This document shows, in pieces, positions 12,233 to 30,365 of a stretch of DNA of 64,000 nt (positions are counted from its first letter, which is position 1; the number at the start of each line of letters is the position of its first letter). Below the pieces are notes generated by a model. The model was given only the letters and a program-made list of their open reading frames with translations. It made no database searches and was not told where the DNA came from. The translations under genes and the position numbers were made by a program. The stretch is taken from positions 61,070,001 through 61,134,000 of the forward strand of contig OX597822.1 of the NCBI GenBank assembly GCA_951406725.2, read 5' to 3'. Origin of the DNA: Octopus vulgaris (Eukaryota).

Positions 12233-14295
12233 CACTGGTCTGCAAGCTTTTTGGTATTTAGGAAATAGACATCATTCCCATACAAAATCGGTCTCCTGAA
12301 TTCAAATATAACCTTCTTTTTGAGCTATCAGATCTAGTTTTTAAGTTATTGAACATCTCTATAGTTACTATGTATGTGTACACATCCAGTATGCAGTGTT
12401 CATTATCTTATTCTAATTCTAAGTTTTTTTTTTCTTTTTCCATACTTTTTTGATGTTGTGCTGTACTAAGCAATAGAAAATGAGCAAGATGTCCTCTTCA
12501 AGAAAGTGTTGCATTAATTCTCCAAATGTTTTGTTATGTTTGTGGAGAATACACATTACCTGAAAATTGAAAAAAAACATCACTGATTTTGTTGAAAGAG
12601 CATATATGGCATATTTTGGGATCAAGCTGGGAGATCAAGATAAATATTGGGTACCACATAGTGTCTGCGAATATTGTACAGAACATTTGCATTAATGGAC
12701 TAAAGAGACAAGGAAAATTATGAGGTTTGTTATACCAGTGGTATGGTGGAATCCCTATAATCACGTGGATGATTGATACTTTTGTAACCTAAATTTGAGG
12801 GGTATTAACTGGAAAAATCGACAAACGCTTGTCTATCCTAATCTTGCCTCTGCTGTTAGACCAGTTCCACACAGTGAAGAGATTCCTGTTCCTGTATTCA
12901 ATGTCTTGCCTCAGATAACTTTACCATCAACCAAAGAAGATACATCACCTGAAGATGACACTAGAGATCAAGACTTTTCAGGTGAGACTTTACCTCAGCT
13001 ATTCTCCCAGGTAGAGCTGAATGATCTAGATCATGACTTGAACTGCCCCAAAAATTCTGTAGAACTGTTGGCTTCCCGACTGAAAGAGAAGAATCTTCTA
13101 GAGAATGGTATACATATAACCTTTTATCGGAGCCGACATGAAGGACTCCTTTCTTTCTTCACAAAAGGGGAAGTGTTGCTTTACTGCAGAGATGTCAGTG
13201 GGCTTCTTAATAAACTTGGCATTGAGGAATACAACACTCAAGTCACTCAACAACTCTGAAGGAAAAATATGAAGAAATTCAGTTGGTTTTAGAGAAGATA
13301 CTGTATCATGATCATAAATGGGTCTTTCTCATCAGACAGCAATCTGGTTATGCCAAATACCCATGCTTTCTATGCATGTGGGACAGTAGAGACTGAGTAA
13401 ACCACTATGTTAAGAAAGACTGGCCAGCTCAAACAAATATGGCTCCATGTAGAGCTGCCATAATATTGGAAGAACCTTTAGTTGAGTGAGATAAGATCGT
13501 TTTCTCCCCCTTTGCACATCAAACTCAGATTGATCAAACAATTCACCAAAGCTCTTGACAGAGGAGTGCTTCAAGTATATCTGCAGTGTATTTCCAGACT
13601 TGAGGATTGAAAAACTTAAAGTAGGGATTTTGGATGGACCACAGATCTGTAAGCACTTGAGGGACACAAATTTTGTGAAAATGATGAGCGAAAATGAAGC
13701 ATCAGCTTGGCTAGCCATTGCAGAAGTAGTGTAAAATTTCCTTGGGAATCACAAAAGTGAAAACTATAAAGATCTTGTTACCAACTTGATATCAACTTTT
13801 CGTGATATTGGCACGAATAAAAGCATCAAAATACTTTGGCTTTTTAGTCATCTTGATCATTTTCTTGAAAATCTTGGAGATGTTAGCGATGAACAAGGTG
13901 AACGATTCCATCAGGACATCAAGGAGATGGAAACTTGGCACCAAGGACATTGGGACGCTGTGATGATAACAGACTATTGCTGGTGTTTAAAATGAGATAC
14001 TACTGTTGCTCAACATTCAAGTGTAAATTTATTCTTTGAATTTTCTGCCAAAAATCTTTGCCAATGTGCATTTTCAATTTTGAATTTTTATTTCTACTTT
14101 GTTTTGTTTTGTGTTATGCTATATTGATTCATATTATATGCCTTTTATATGAATAAAATTCTCTATCAGGTCTAGTCAGAAAACTAGACCTGATAGAGGA
14201 AAACTGAAGTTATTTTTTAATTTAGCAGGCAAAATTACTTATGAATTCGTTGAAATATTCCAGGCACCAGGCAAAAAATTTCTTGTTGCCCAGTG
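12233..14295 (+). mobile_element. Chapaev3-like DNA transposon, near full length, pseudogenized
   Basis: CAC...GTG termini (CACTGGTCTGCAAG vs CACTGGGCAACAAG) flanked by TTA/TAA. Transposase pieces CGEYT..AYFGIKLGDQDKYWVPH, YPNLASAVRPVPH, ELLASRLKEKNLL, SDEQGERFHQDI..DYCW. Confidence 0.75.
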
Positions 14296-14333
14296 TAATT
14301 TTACATTGAGCCAAAGGATTGCTAAGAGTTTTG

Positions 14334-14401
<68 letters not shown>

Positions 14402-14484
14402 AGTGTATTTACATTATGATTATTATAAGGACATGAGGACACATACATGCATGCATAACACACTTACACACACACATTTGCACT

Positions 14485-14577
<93 letters not shown>

Positions 14578-14986
14578 ATACTTTGGTTTTTTATGGCACT
14601 AAATGGGGAACCAGTAGATGCTTTTCAAGAATTGTTCCTCATTGGAAAGCAGAGATATTGAGGCCTATTATAAAAACACTGACTGCACCTCATGTCACCA
14701 TTATAAGAACAACAGGCATTCTACAGTCAAATTTCCACTCAACCTGGTCACCATTTTGACCTCCTTACAGTTGAGCACATTCAAATTTTGAATCCTAATA
14801 ACAACAAACTATATACCCAGTCAAAATAATTGCTGCTGGTGACCAATAATTATTTTGTTGGCATATGACAACTAAATAATTTTATTCATTTTAGTTGTGT
14901 GTGTGTGTGTATATATATATATCAATATATATATATATCAATCCATGCCAACATCATGGAATATGGACATTAAAGGATAATGATGA

Positions 14987-15024
<38 letters not shown>

Positions 15025-15291
15025 CTGCAAAGGAGGAGGGATCTTAAATTTCAGCAGATACCATATGAGCACTCTGTTAAAATATGAACTTGGCTAACTA
15101 CATCAAATATATATATATATATATACATAGATAGATAGATACATACATACATACACACACATATATTCATACATACATACATATATAAATATATATATAG
15201 ACATATATTCATATATAGACATATATATATACATACACATATATATATAAATACATACATATTCATACATGTACACATATACATATATATT

Positions 15292-15336
<45 letters not shown>

Positions 15337-15349
15337 AAATATATATATA

Positions 15350-15385
<36 letters not shown>

Positions 15386-16609
15386 CGCAGACGTGGCTGT
15401 GTGGAATGTAGTTTACTTCCTAAACACTTGGTTACAGGTTCAGTTCCACTGGGTGGTACCTAAGGCAAGTGTCTACTCCTAAAGCCTTGGGCCGACCAAA
15501 GCCTTGTGAGTGGATTTGGTAGACAGAAACTGAAAGAAGCCTGTCATGTATATCTATGTGTGAGTGTCATTGTGTTTGTCCCCCACCATTGCTTCACAAC
15601 TTAGCAGGCTGGCAAAAGAAACCGATAGAATAAGTTACCAGACTTTAAAAAAATAAGAACTGGGGTCAATTCATTCGACTAAAAATTCCTCGAAGTGATG
15701 CTCCAGCATGACTGCAGTGTAATGACTGAGACGTCTTCTGCCCAATATTCGTTATTTGGTCATCCCTGAACTCTAGAAGAAGATACTCGCCCAACACAAT
15801 CTTATTCGTGAAAGATGCTAAACATCTGAACTGGTTTTGAAATCGTGCGGATACTATTGAGTTCTCTCCCCTACACTATAAAATTGATTTCTCATTTTTT
15901 TTTTTAAGTAACGATAGTAGTTTTCGAACCATTACTTGACAGCACCAATACAGTAGAAGCTGTTTATATTGATAACTTTGGGACAGAACCTTTTAGATAA
16001 CAATAACCGGATGATAACTTTTAATATAAACTGAGCTTATTCAGGATCCAATCATCGTTTGACGACCTTGTGATTATGAAAAGCAATCTCCACAAATAAA
16101 TATAAAGACGACAGCTACAATCACCGATGTCATGCGAAAAGAGAGCTTACTACGTGTAACATATTTTGATCTGGTCAATAATATATCTGCAAAGCTTCCA
16201 AACCTTTGTAATGAGAAAGAGCTATTTAGAATTGTTAAGATCCAGACAGTTCGTTCGTAATCCTTGTGGTCACCTCAACAAGAGTTTCATTTCGCATGGA
16301 AGACATCAAATGTTCCAAATGGTTTCCGAAGCCATTGGTCAAGAAGATCCACGCATGTAGGGATTGCTATATACAGCAAACCAGCAATGGTGTCCCTAAC
16401 AAGGTTGTTACTAAAAAAATAAACGAAAACTCACCGTATGATATAAATGAATAAAGGAACGATTAATAACATTTGATAAATAAAAAACAATATAAAATAC
16501 GGGATGGTTACGATCAGAATACATTTTACAGTTCTAGTAGATCAGGACAGACAAGAGAACTATAATAATAGCATGAAGTGAAAGACGGTACTGATACAGG
16601 TTTCAAATT

Positions 16610-16812
16610 TTAGCATAAAACTAGCAATTTCGGGGAAGGGTGCTAGTCGATTACATCGACCCCAGTACTCAACTGGTACCTATTTTATCGACCCCGAAAG
16701 GATGAAAGGAAAAGTCAACCTCAACAGAATTTGAATTCACAACATAAATACAGACGTAATATTGCTAAGCATTTAATCGGTCGTGTTAACAGTTCTGCCA
16801 GCTCGCCGCCTT
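16610..16812 (-). mobile_element. SINE family A copy (head-to-head with the next copy)
   Basis: Reverse complement of GGCGGCGAGCTGGCAGAA...CCTTTCATCCTTTCGGGGTCGATAAAA. Confidence 0.85.
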
Positions 16813-16839
16813 ACAGCCGGTATTAATATTACTAACCCT

Positions 16840-17246
16840 TTGGCGGCGAGCTGGCAGAATCGTTAGCACGCCGGGCGAAATGCTCAGCTGTATTTCGTCT
16901 GCCGTTACGTTCTGAGTTCAAATTCCGCCGAGGTCGACTTTGCCTTTCATCCTTTCGGGGTCGATTAAATAAGTACCAGTTACGCACTGGAGTCGATGTA
17001 ATCGACTTAATCTGTTTGTCTGTCCTAGTTTGTCCCCTCTGTGTTTAGCCCCTTGTGGGTAGTAAAGAAATAGGTATTTCGTCTACCGTTATGTTCTGAG
17101 TTCAAATTCTGCCGAGGTTGACTTTGCTTTTCATCCTTTCGGGGTCGATTAAACAAGTACCAGTTACGCACTGGGGTCGATGTAATCGACTTAATCCCTT
17201 TGTCAGTCCCCTCTATGTTTAGCCCCTTGTGAGCAATAAAGAAATA
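16840..17246 (+). mobile_element. Young dimeric SINE family A copy with 15-bp TSD
   Basis: tRNA-like head (TGGCAGAATCG, GAGTTCAAATT), duplicated body, AATAAAGAAATA tail. TSD AATATTACTAACCCT at 16825-16839 and 17247-17261. Confidence 0.92.
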
Positions 17247-18212
17247 AATATTACTAACCCTAATTTCTAAATATGGCACAAGGCCGGCAATTTTGAGTAA
17301 AGGAGGATTAATGGATTATCATCAATCCCAGTACTTGATTGACAATTTATATTATCGACCTCATAGGGACTAAAGGCTAAATTGGCCTCAGCAGGATGTG
17401 AACTCAGAACGTAAAGAGCTGGAAAAAAATTCTGCAAAGTAGTTTTGTCAACTCCCTAACAATTCTGCCAGCTCACCACTTTGATAATAGTAAATGATTT
17501 CGGAGTTTGGCACAAGGCCAACACTTTGAGGGGAGGGGTCAGTTGATCCCACTGACACTCTAACGATTTTGTCATCCCTCCACTTGAGTGATATAAATAA
17601 TTCTTTCTACTGTAGGCACAAGGCCTGAAATTTTGGGGATAGGGATAAGGGATAGTTGATTATGTCGACCCCAGTAATTACCTACATACTGTAAGTAGGC
17701 TTGATCTCTGATAACATTATGTGTGATTATGATAGGCGGCTTCCATTGCTGTTATCATGAAGGGTACATAAGGCGGCAAGCTGGCAAAATGCTTAGCAGT
17801 ATTTCTTCTGTTGCTACATTCTGAGTTCAAATTCTGCTGAGGTTGACTTTGCCTTCATCCTTTGGGGTCGATTAAATACATACCAGTTACGCACTGAGGT
17901 CCATGTAATCAACTTATTCTCCTCTCCCTTGTGGCAAAAATTTGAAATCGTTACTTTGAAGAGTACAGCTACAATGGCAGTGAGTGAGGGTGTCTCTATG
18001 TGGATGCCCGGCCGGTAGCTAACAGCAACCAAAATCTCCAGAGATTGAAAAAGGATCGTGCCTAAACACTGCAAGGTGTTTTTGTCAATCCAAATAATCT
18101 TTTTTTTTTTTAATTTACCACCAAAATAAATTAATTTATATAAAAACATATTGCAAAAGGTTATAGGACATGCAGATGTATGTATGAATATATAAGTACA
18201 AATAAAATACAA

Positions 18213-18482
18213 TGAGCAACCCACCAGCACAAGTTGAATGTCACCATCTAAACACAGAGTACCCCATGAGCAGGTGCAGGATACTGTTGCATCCGAAAGT
18301 GACTGCATGTATCCTGTTTGTTGGGTGAGATAAGAGACACGCCACATCCTCTGAGCAGATTTCTTTCAAGTAATGATAGACTACACTAGGAAACATTGGT
18401 TTTTGTTTTGTGCTGGAGATGCTTCCTAGTTATTTGGGGGCACCAGTTTTAAAAATGAAATCTGTTTAGCTCTGTCACATCA
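18213..18482 (+). ncRNA. Candidate structured non-coding RNA with H/ACA-like layout (family not recognised)
   Basis: Hairpin 18260-18327 (CAGGATAC/GTATCCTG, GAAA tetraloop), then AGATAA (ANANNA) at 18328-18333. Second hairpin with a 13-bp stem (18351-18363/18457-18469) and an 8-bp inner stem; ACA at 18477-18479. Confidence 0.4.
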
Positions 18483-19449
18483 AGATTTTTCAAATTCAAA
18501 TATCTATTTTTCATCATTTCCAGGGTTGTCACCAAATCTAAGGACAGATTTGGCTGCATCAAATGCAGATACACATAAGGAGCTAGACATAACTTAGAAA
18601 ACAGTTTCTTTTTCACTGTCATTTAAAGCAAATGCAACTACAAAAGTCATGATTTTAAATATCTTCAGTGAATAAAAAGCACCAAACTTAAGCAATTTTC
18701 ACTGTTTTCAATTTCATAATAGAAATGTTCTGTATATAATCAGATGTTAATAAACATGTTGCTGTGGTCCTTGACATCATGTTTCATATTTTTTTAATTT
18801 GTAGGTATGCCCAGTGCCTGATTTAGTGTGACTATCATTGCAAACCAGGTGAGACATGTGATGCTGAACCCTGGTAATTTGAATGGCCACTTAATGTTGA
18901 AATAATGAGGTCACATGAGTCAAAGTTATTTTTTTGTCTAGCTTGGTCAAAGAACATATATGCTCCTTATGAAACTTTACCATCACAAATCTGAATTTCC
19001 TTAATTTGTATCGGAATCAAAATCGCTCAAAAATCAATGGAAATTGTAGTCGGTCGTGATACCAGTGCCGCTGGCACATAAAAGAACCATCTGAACGTAG
19101 CCGTTGCCAGCATCACCTCGACTGGCCTCCATGCCAGTGGCACATAAAAAGCACCAACCGATCGTGTCTGTTGCCAGCCTCGCCTGGCACCACGTAGAAA
19201 GCACCCACTACACTCACGGAGTGGTTGGCATTAGGAAGGGCATCCAGCTGTAGAAACACTGCCAGACCAGACTGGGCCTGGTGCTGCCTCCTGGCTTCCC
19301 AGACTCCAGTTGAACCATCCAACCCACGCTAGCATGGAAAGCAGACGTTAAATGATGATGATGTAACTTGACATTTTTGAGAAATGCTTTTCTCCGGTAA
19401 CAACTGGCTTGAATACACGTTTCATATTTCAGAAGTACAACCAGTTGTG

Positions 19450-19980
19450 AGAGAAGAAAATGCAAAAGCAATCCCAATGTCTGCTGCATTTGTGGATGTT
19501 ACACTTTAGCTAGGCAGGGAAAAAAAAAATCAGATTTTGTAAAGAAAGCTTACCTTACTTTGACATGAAACAGTGAGTACCCCATATAGTGTATAATGTA
19601 GGAGACAGGGAGACACTGAGACTTTTTTTTTTTGAAATACTTAAGCAGAAAGTTTCTAGCTTTGCCTTGTTAGAAAATTAAGGTATGTCAGATTAGGCAG
19701 CTATTGCAGGGTGAGTAGTTTTTGGAGACTATGTCAAGCATTGAAAAAAAAAAAAAGCATGGAATGCTTTTGCTGCTGTGTCTAATTTCCTAGGAATCAG
19801 GAAGTAGTCAAATCATAAAGAATTTATGCAGATCCTGTTCAGTCTTCGAGCACAGGACTGCAACATGAGTGTAAAAGTGCATTCCCTGTAAATCTTGGTT
19901 CAATGAATGATGAGCAAGGAGAAAGCTTCCAAGATACTAACACCATGGAAACTAGATATCAAGGCAGGTGGCAGCTGACT
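19450..19980 (+). mobile_element. Internally deleted Chapaev3-like remnant
   Basis: RRKCKSNPNVCCICGCY..DFVKKAYL at the 5' part and NFLGN..NMSVKVH..NDEQGE..METRYQGRW at the 3' part. Confidence 0.65.
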
Positions 19981-20652
19981 ACTACTACTACTACTACTAC
20001 GTGTCTGCAAAGCAGCACCAAATTCACTCCTTGAGTAGCTGAAATTCCAGTTTGACAGAAATATTAATCCTAAAATGTACTATTTGATATGTTAGTTTCT
20101 CATTTCAGTATTGCATTTAAAGGCAAAACTCCTTAACGACCATTAATATCACCAATTAACCCTCTTTTGAAACACGTGTTAGAAATAGGAACCAAGTCTC
20201 TCAAAACACACATTATCGTTTTAAATAAGTATGATATCAGATAATGTAGTCCTACATTATCTGATAATAGTTATATGTCAATGCAAGGACTGCTTTTAAT
20301 CACAGGCCCACAGGATGTTTAAATTTGCTTGTACCATGAAGTCCAAGGGCGATAATTCAAATGACTGATAAAATTCCTTTCGTACCATTTTAGAACGAAA
20401 TCCAGATAATGGAATAAGTTTTTATTTAATGGTGGTATACGAGGGAGGTCAATCTAAATATGTGCATGGAAAAAAAATTACCAAAGAGCTTAATGTTTCT
20501 TGCATTAAATGTATAAATTTTAACTATTGTTTTTTTTCTGCAAATTGATTAAGTTAGCTTAGGCTTTCTTTCTTGTAGGTAAAATATATGAACGAAAAAA
20601 TTTTTTATATACATCTTTCAATTTAGTACAACGTCTAGTAAAAATATATCAA

Positions 20653-20793
20653 CTGTGACCTCTTCGTAATAATTCTCCAGAGCTACCAAATTTGAAAACT
20701 TAGTGAACATTCGATTTGACACATGTCAAGTATACTTTTGTTCACTAAGTTCTCAAATTTGGTAGCTCTGGAGAATTATTACGAAGGTCACAG
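20653..20793. repeat. 141-bp near-perfect palindrome (about 55-bp arms), MITE-like
   Basis: The arm CTGTGACC(TC)TTCGTAATAATTCTCCAGAGCTACCAAATTTGAAAACTTAGTGAACA is mirrored with one 2-nt indel and one substitution. Confidence 0.9.
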
Positions 20794-21917
20794 ATGACCT
20801 CCATCTTGATAATTGCAATGGCAGCATTGTACAGCAGGTCACAAGTAACTTGATTGCATCATCCATTCAATGCCAGTTTTCCAAAGATTAGATGGATTGA
20901 CAGGAAGGGCCACACCAGATTCAATAGTACTTTTTGCTTTGCTTTTACAACTGGATGCCCATCTTAACACCAACCACTATAGTGTATTTGGGGACTTCGT
21001 TTCAGGATATCAATTGTGGTGGACAGGTCTCCAGTACAGCAATGCACCAATATTTCAGTCATTCCGTGATCATCCAGGTCTTCCTACAACTTTCCAAATC
21101 TGCACCACGTGACCTAACTTGTGCACACTACCTTTTATGCCCAAGTTTTTCCTCAATACACCAGAACTGTTGCACATCCAGCAAAGCATAGCAACTTCGT
21201 TGCCCTAGGTCTTCACACATCCTCTCATTTGCTGAGGCTTTCCTCAATAGACATAATTGTGGCACAATTAATTATTGGAAATGCGTCCTAGAATAATGCT
21301 ATAAATTTGGTCTGGAATTCAACCAGAGCAACGTTTGGGAACAAAAAATGAAATATAGTACAGCCAAATCCATCAATATCTCAAATATCAAGCCTAAATA
21401 TAGATTCTTTTTAAAAAAGTCAGTGATTAGGAAAATATATTTCTGTTAATTGCTGAGATTTAAGGGTACATATATTAGCAGCCAAGCCATTTAATGGAAC
21501 TGGTTACATCAACAGGCCTGTCACTGCATTTTTAAGGATACGAGATATCCAAGTGACTTCCAATAACATCTATAGTTTGTAAAGGACCAGCTTGTCACAG
21601 ATAATATAACTGGATAAGTACCATCTTCTAAATTCCACTTACAAGGATTAGTGAACTAAGACAATTGTGCAATGCAGTTCGGTCAAAGGCTAAACTTGGT
21701 TTCAAAATTTAATCATGCAACCATGCCTTTACATAGTTACAAGCAATATTATCTCCCCACGAGAGATTTCATTTGTAAGCCTTTTATGCCCACATCACTT
21801 TACTGTATGCTGACCAATAAGACCAAATTATGTGCATAGTTGTACACTAAACAAAATTTTGATTTTTTTCCCCTAATCCTGTAAATTTAGCTTACTGAAT
21901 TGAAATTATCTTCCCTT

Positions 21918-22210
21918 CCGCCGGGTGAAATGCTTAGCGGTATTTTGTGTGCCGGTACGTTCTGAGTTCAAATTCTGCCAAGGTCAACTTTACCTTTCAT
22001 AGTCAATTAAATAAGTACCAGTTACGCACTGAGGTCGGTATAATCGACTTAGTCTGTCCTCTCTGTGTTTAGACCCATGTGGGTAGTAAAGAAATAGGTA
22101 TTTCGTCTGCCATTACATTCTGAATTCAAATTCCGCCGAGGTTGATATCATTGACAATCACTTTGTCTGTCCCCTCCGTTTAGCCCTTTGTGGGCAATAA
22201 CGAAATAAGA
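21918..22210 (+). mobile_element. SINE family A, dimeric, degenerate
   Basis: Family A body repeated twice, with tail GGGCAATAACGAAATA. Confidence 0.8.
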
Positions 22211-22897
22211 AACATTAGAAATTTAGTTTTTGTATCTTCAAATAACCAAATTTTGTATACAATAAACACCCATTCTCCATGCTGGCAAGCTAGAGGTATT
22301 TACCAATGTCATGGTGAGGAAAAGACAAAAAAGTCAATGTACATACAACTAAGCATAAATAATTTGTAAATCAAAATTGAAAAAATCTTTAGGTGGGAAG
22401 GAACATGCTAGAACTCAGAACTCTTGTCATGTTAAAAATGCTTCTAGTGAACTCCAGAGATATTACAGCCATGACCATCTCATCTTTTAGACATTACGTT
22501 AAGGATTACATTAATAAATGCCTCTTTCTTCAGGAGTTTAATGGATATTTAACTAATGTCCAACAAGCTGCATGATTACCAGGTAGCTCAAATGCTTTTA
22601 GTTGCCAGTATTTTGAATACATAGCTACAAGTATTACCATCATCCACCCCTTGTAACATTTCCTAGCTTTTGCTGATATATACAAAACAGATTTTAAAGA
22701 TTCTCAATAGTTAATTTTTACTTTTCATGCAATTTAGTTTCATCAATTTAGTTATAAAACAAACGACCAGAGTTCATTCACTTTAAAATGTGAAGTCATT
22801 GGCTTCTACTTTTCCTTACTGTTTAATTTCTCGCTAGTGTTAAAACCATTGAAAAAAATTAAGTAAAACAAAAAACTTTGTAGCTGATATGATTGCT

Positions 22898-22903
22898 TTT
22901 ATT
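22898..22903 (-). terminator. Candidate polyadenylation signal of alpha-tubulin
   Basis: AATAAA on the minus strand about 38 nt after the stop codon. More distal signals are not excluded. Confidence 0.4.
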
Positions 22904-22940
22904 TTCAGCTAACTCTTTTGTGCCACCGTTTTTAAATTAT

Positions 22941-28865
<5,925 letters not shown>

Positions 28866-28989
28866 GTTGTCTTGATGTCTTTTCAGTTGAAGAGAGGAAG
28901 CGAAGAATTAAAGAGATTCTGTGAGGTTTTGGGGGTGGTAAATTAACAGCGTTCGTGCTCACACAGATATGAGGTATCGTTCGTGAGTT

Positions 28990-29030
28990 TGAAAACTGCT
29001 GCTAATGCGTGAAACCTCGCTTATATAGTA
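28990..29030 (-). promoter_or_regulatory. Alpha-tubulin core promoter: TATA box plus Inr
   Basis: Minus strand TATATAA at 29027-29021; Inr-like GCAGTT with A at 28997, 30 nt downstream of the TATA start. Confidence 0.75.
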
Positions 29031-30213
29031 GTCAACCCTACCTTCCCCCTCCCCCAACTACCCACTTTTATTTTATCTCCCACTGTCTACATCACCGATT
29101 CGTTGGCGCCCTCCTCCTCGTTCGTGCTGACAATTCTGTTGGAAACAGGCAATATTATTAGATTTCACTGCCGAGCCTCATTCGTTTACAGTCTATCTTT
29201 CTTTTCCCCCCCTTTTATTTCTCTCTCTCTCTCCCTCCCTCCCTGCCTCTCTCTATCTCTCTGTCTTTCTCTCTGTTTCTTACTTGCTTACTACATTACT
29301 GACTGCTTAGTTTTAATTATTCTTTCATTTTTTCTTACACTCTAATCCGATTGACCACACACATACACACGTGGCTACACATATATACAGTACCCGTCCA
29401 CAATACAATTACTCATAAACAACATAGTTCTTATTCTTCTGCTTTATTATACCCGTTGATAGTTCACTACAGCTCTTTTTCACGTCCGTTTTAATCATCA
29501 CCATCACCGTCCTTACGAGTACTCCCGTGTGTAGCCGCTCGACTTGCTCGGTATAGCATCCTAATCTTCCTCAAATAGTCCTTATATATCAGAAATATAT
29601 ATTTCTAAGTGATCAGAAATACATATTTAAAAAATATAAAACATGATGGAGTGGTCATGGTCGGAGCGCTTTGACCAAGGTTTGCCTGTGTTTAAATAAC
29701 TACTACTACGACGACGACTAGTAGTGGGGGGGGGGGGCTCTGTGTTGACGCCCAACCTGCTTTAGCAGTTCAATCTCTTTCCAAAGGGCTCCTACTGTCA
29801 TTCATAAGCAATGAGCATGTTAGATAATGTAGTTCTTACCAACACATAAAAAGACTGCGTTGTCTCAGCTGAGATGCTTTTCACCCCTGGATGTCAGGGG
29901 TGACTGCGGAATCATCATCATCATCATTACCACCGAACTACTACGATTGATATTATTCTCACTACTAATATAATCATTATCCTCAGCATACATCATTGTA
30001 TCTGAATGCTACACCTATCTAGATATGTTATCATAGAAAAAAATGTCTCTCTTTTAAAAGCATACAGACACATCCACTGCTCACATTGCGGCGATCTCTA
30101 ATTATTGGGCTACATCCAACAAAAATCTTCCAAGTCGCAACAAATCTCCTAAACCATACCTCCAAAATAGTCGTGCAACCGATTGGCAAAGACTCGTGAA
30201 CTCACGTCACAGA

Positions 30214-30309
<96 letters not shown>

Positions 30310-30365
30310 ATCTATCAATCTATTTATCTCTCTATCTATTTCTTATTCTGTTACTATTATCCTCT

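Noticed and set aside
17254-17263. CTAACCCTAA, a telomerase-template-like sequence
   Set aside because: It overlaps a SINE target-site duplication and lies about 1 kb from the structured RNA candidate, with no adjacent pseudoknot or CR4/5.
18213-18482. Identification of the structured segment as 7SK, RNase P/MRP, U17 or telomerase RNA
   Set aside because: CACATCC is present but there is no 5' GGATGTG partner, no proper CR-I/CR-V pairing, no U17 m1/m2 motifs and no template.
18855-18917. C/D snoRNA-like segment with CATGTGA/TCACATG terminal stem
   Set aside because: The C and D boxes are non-consensus and it lies only 6 nt from a candidate donor site.
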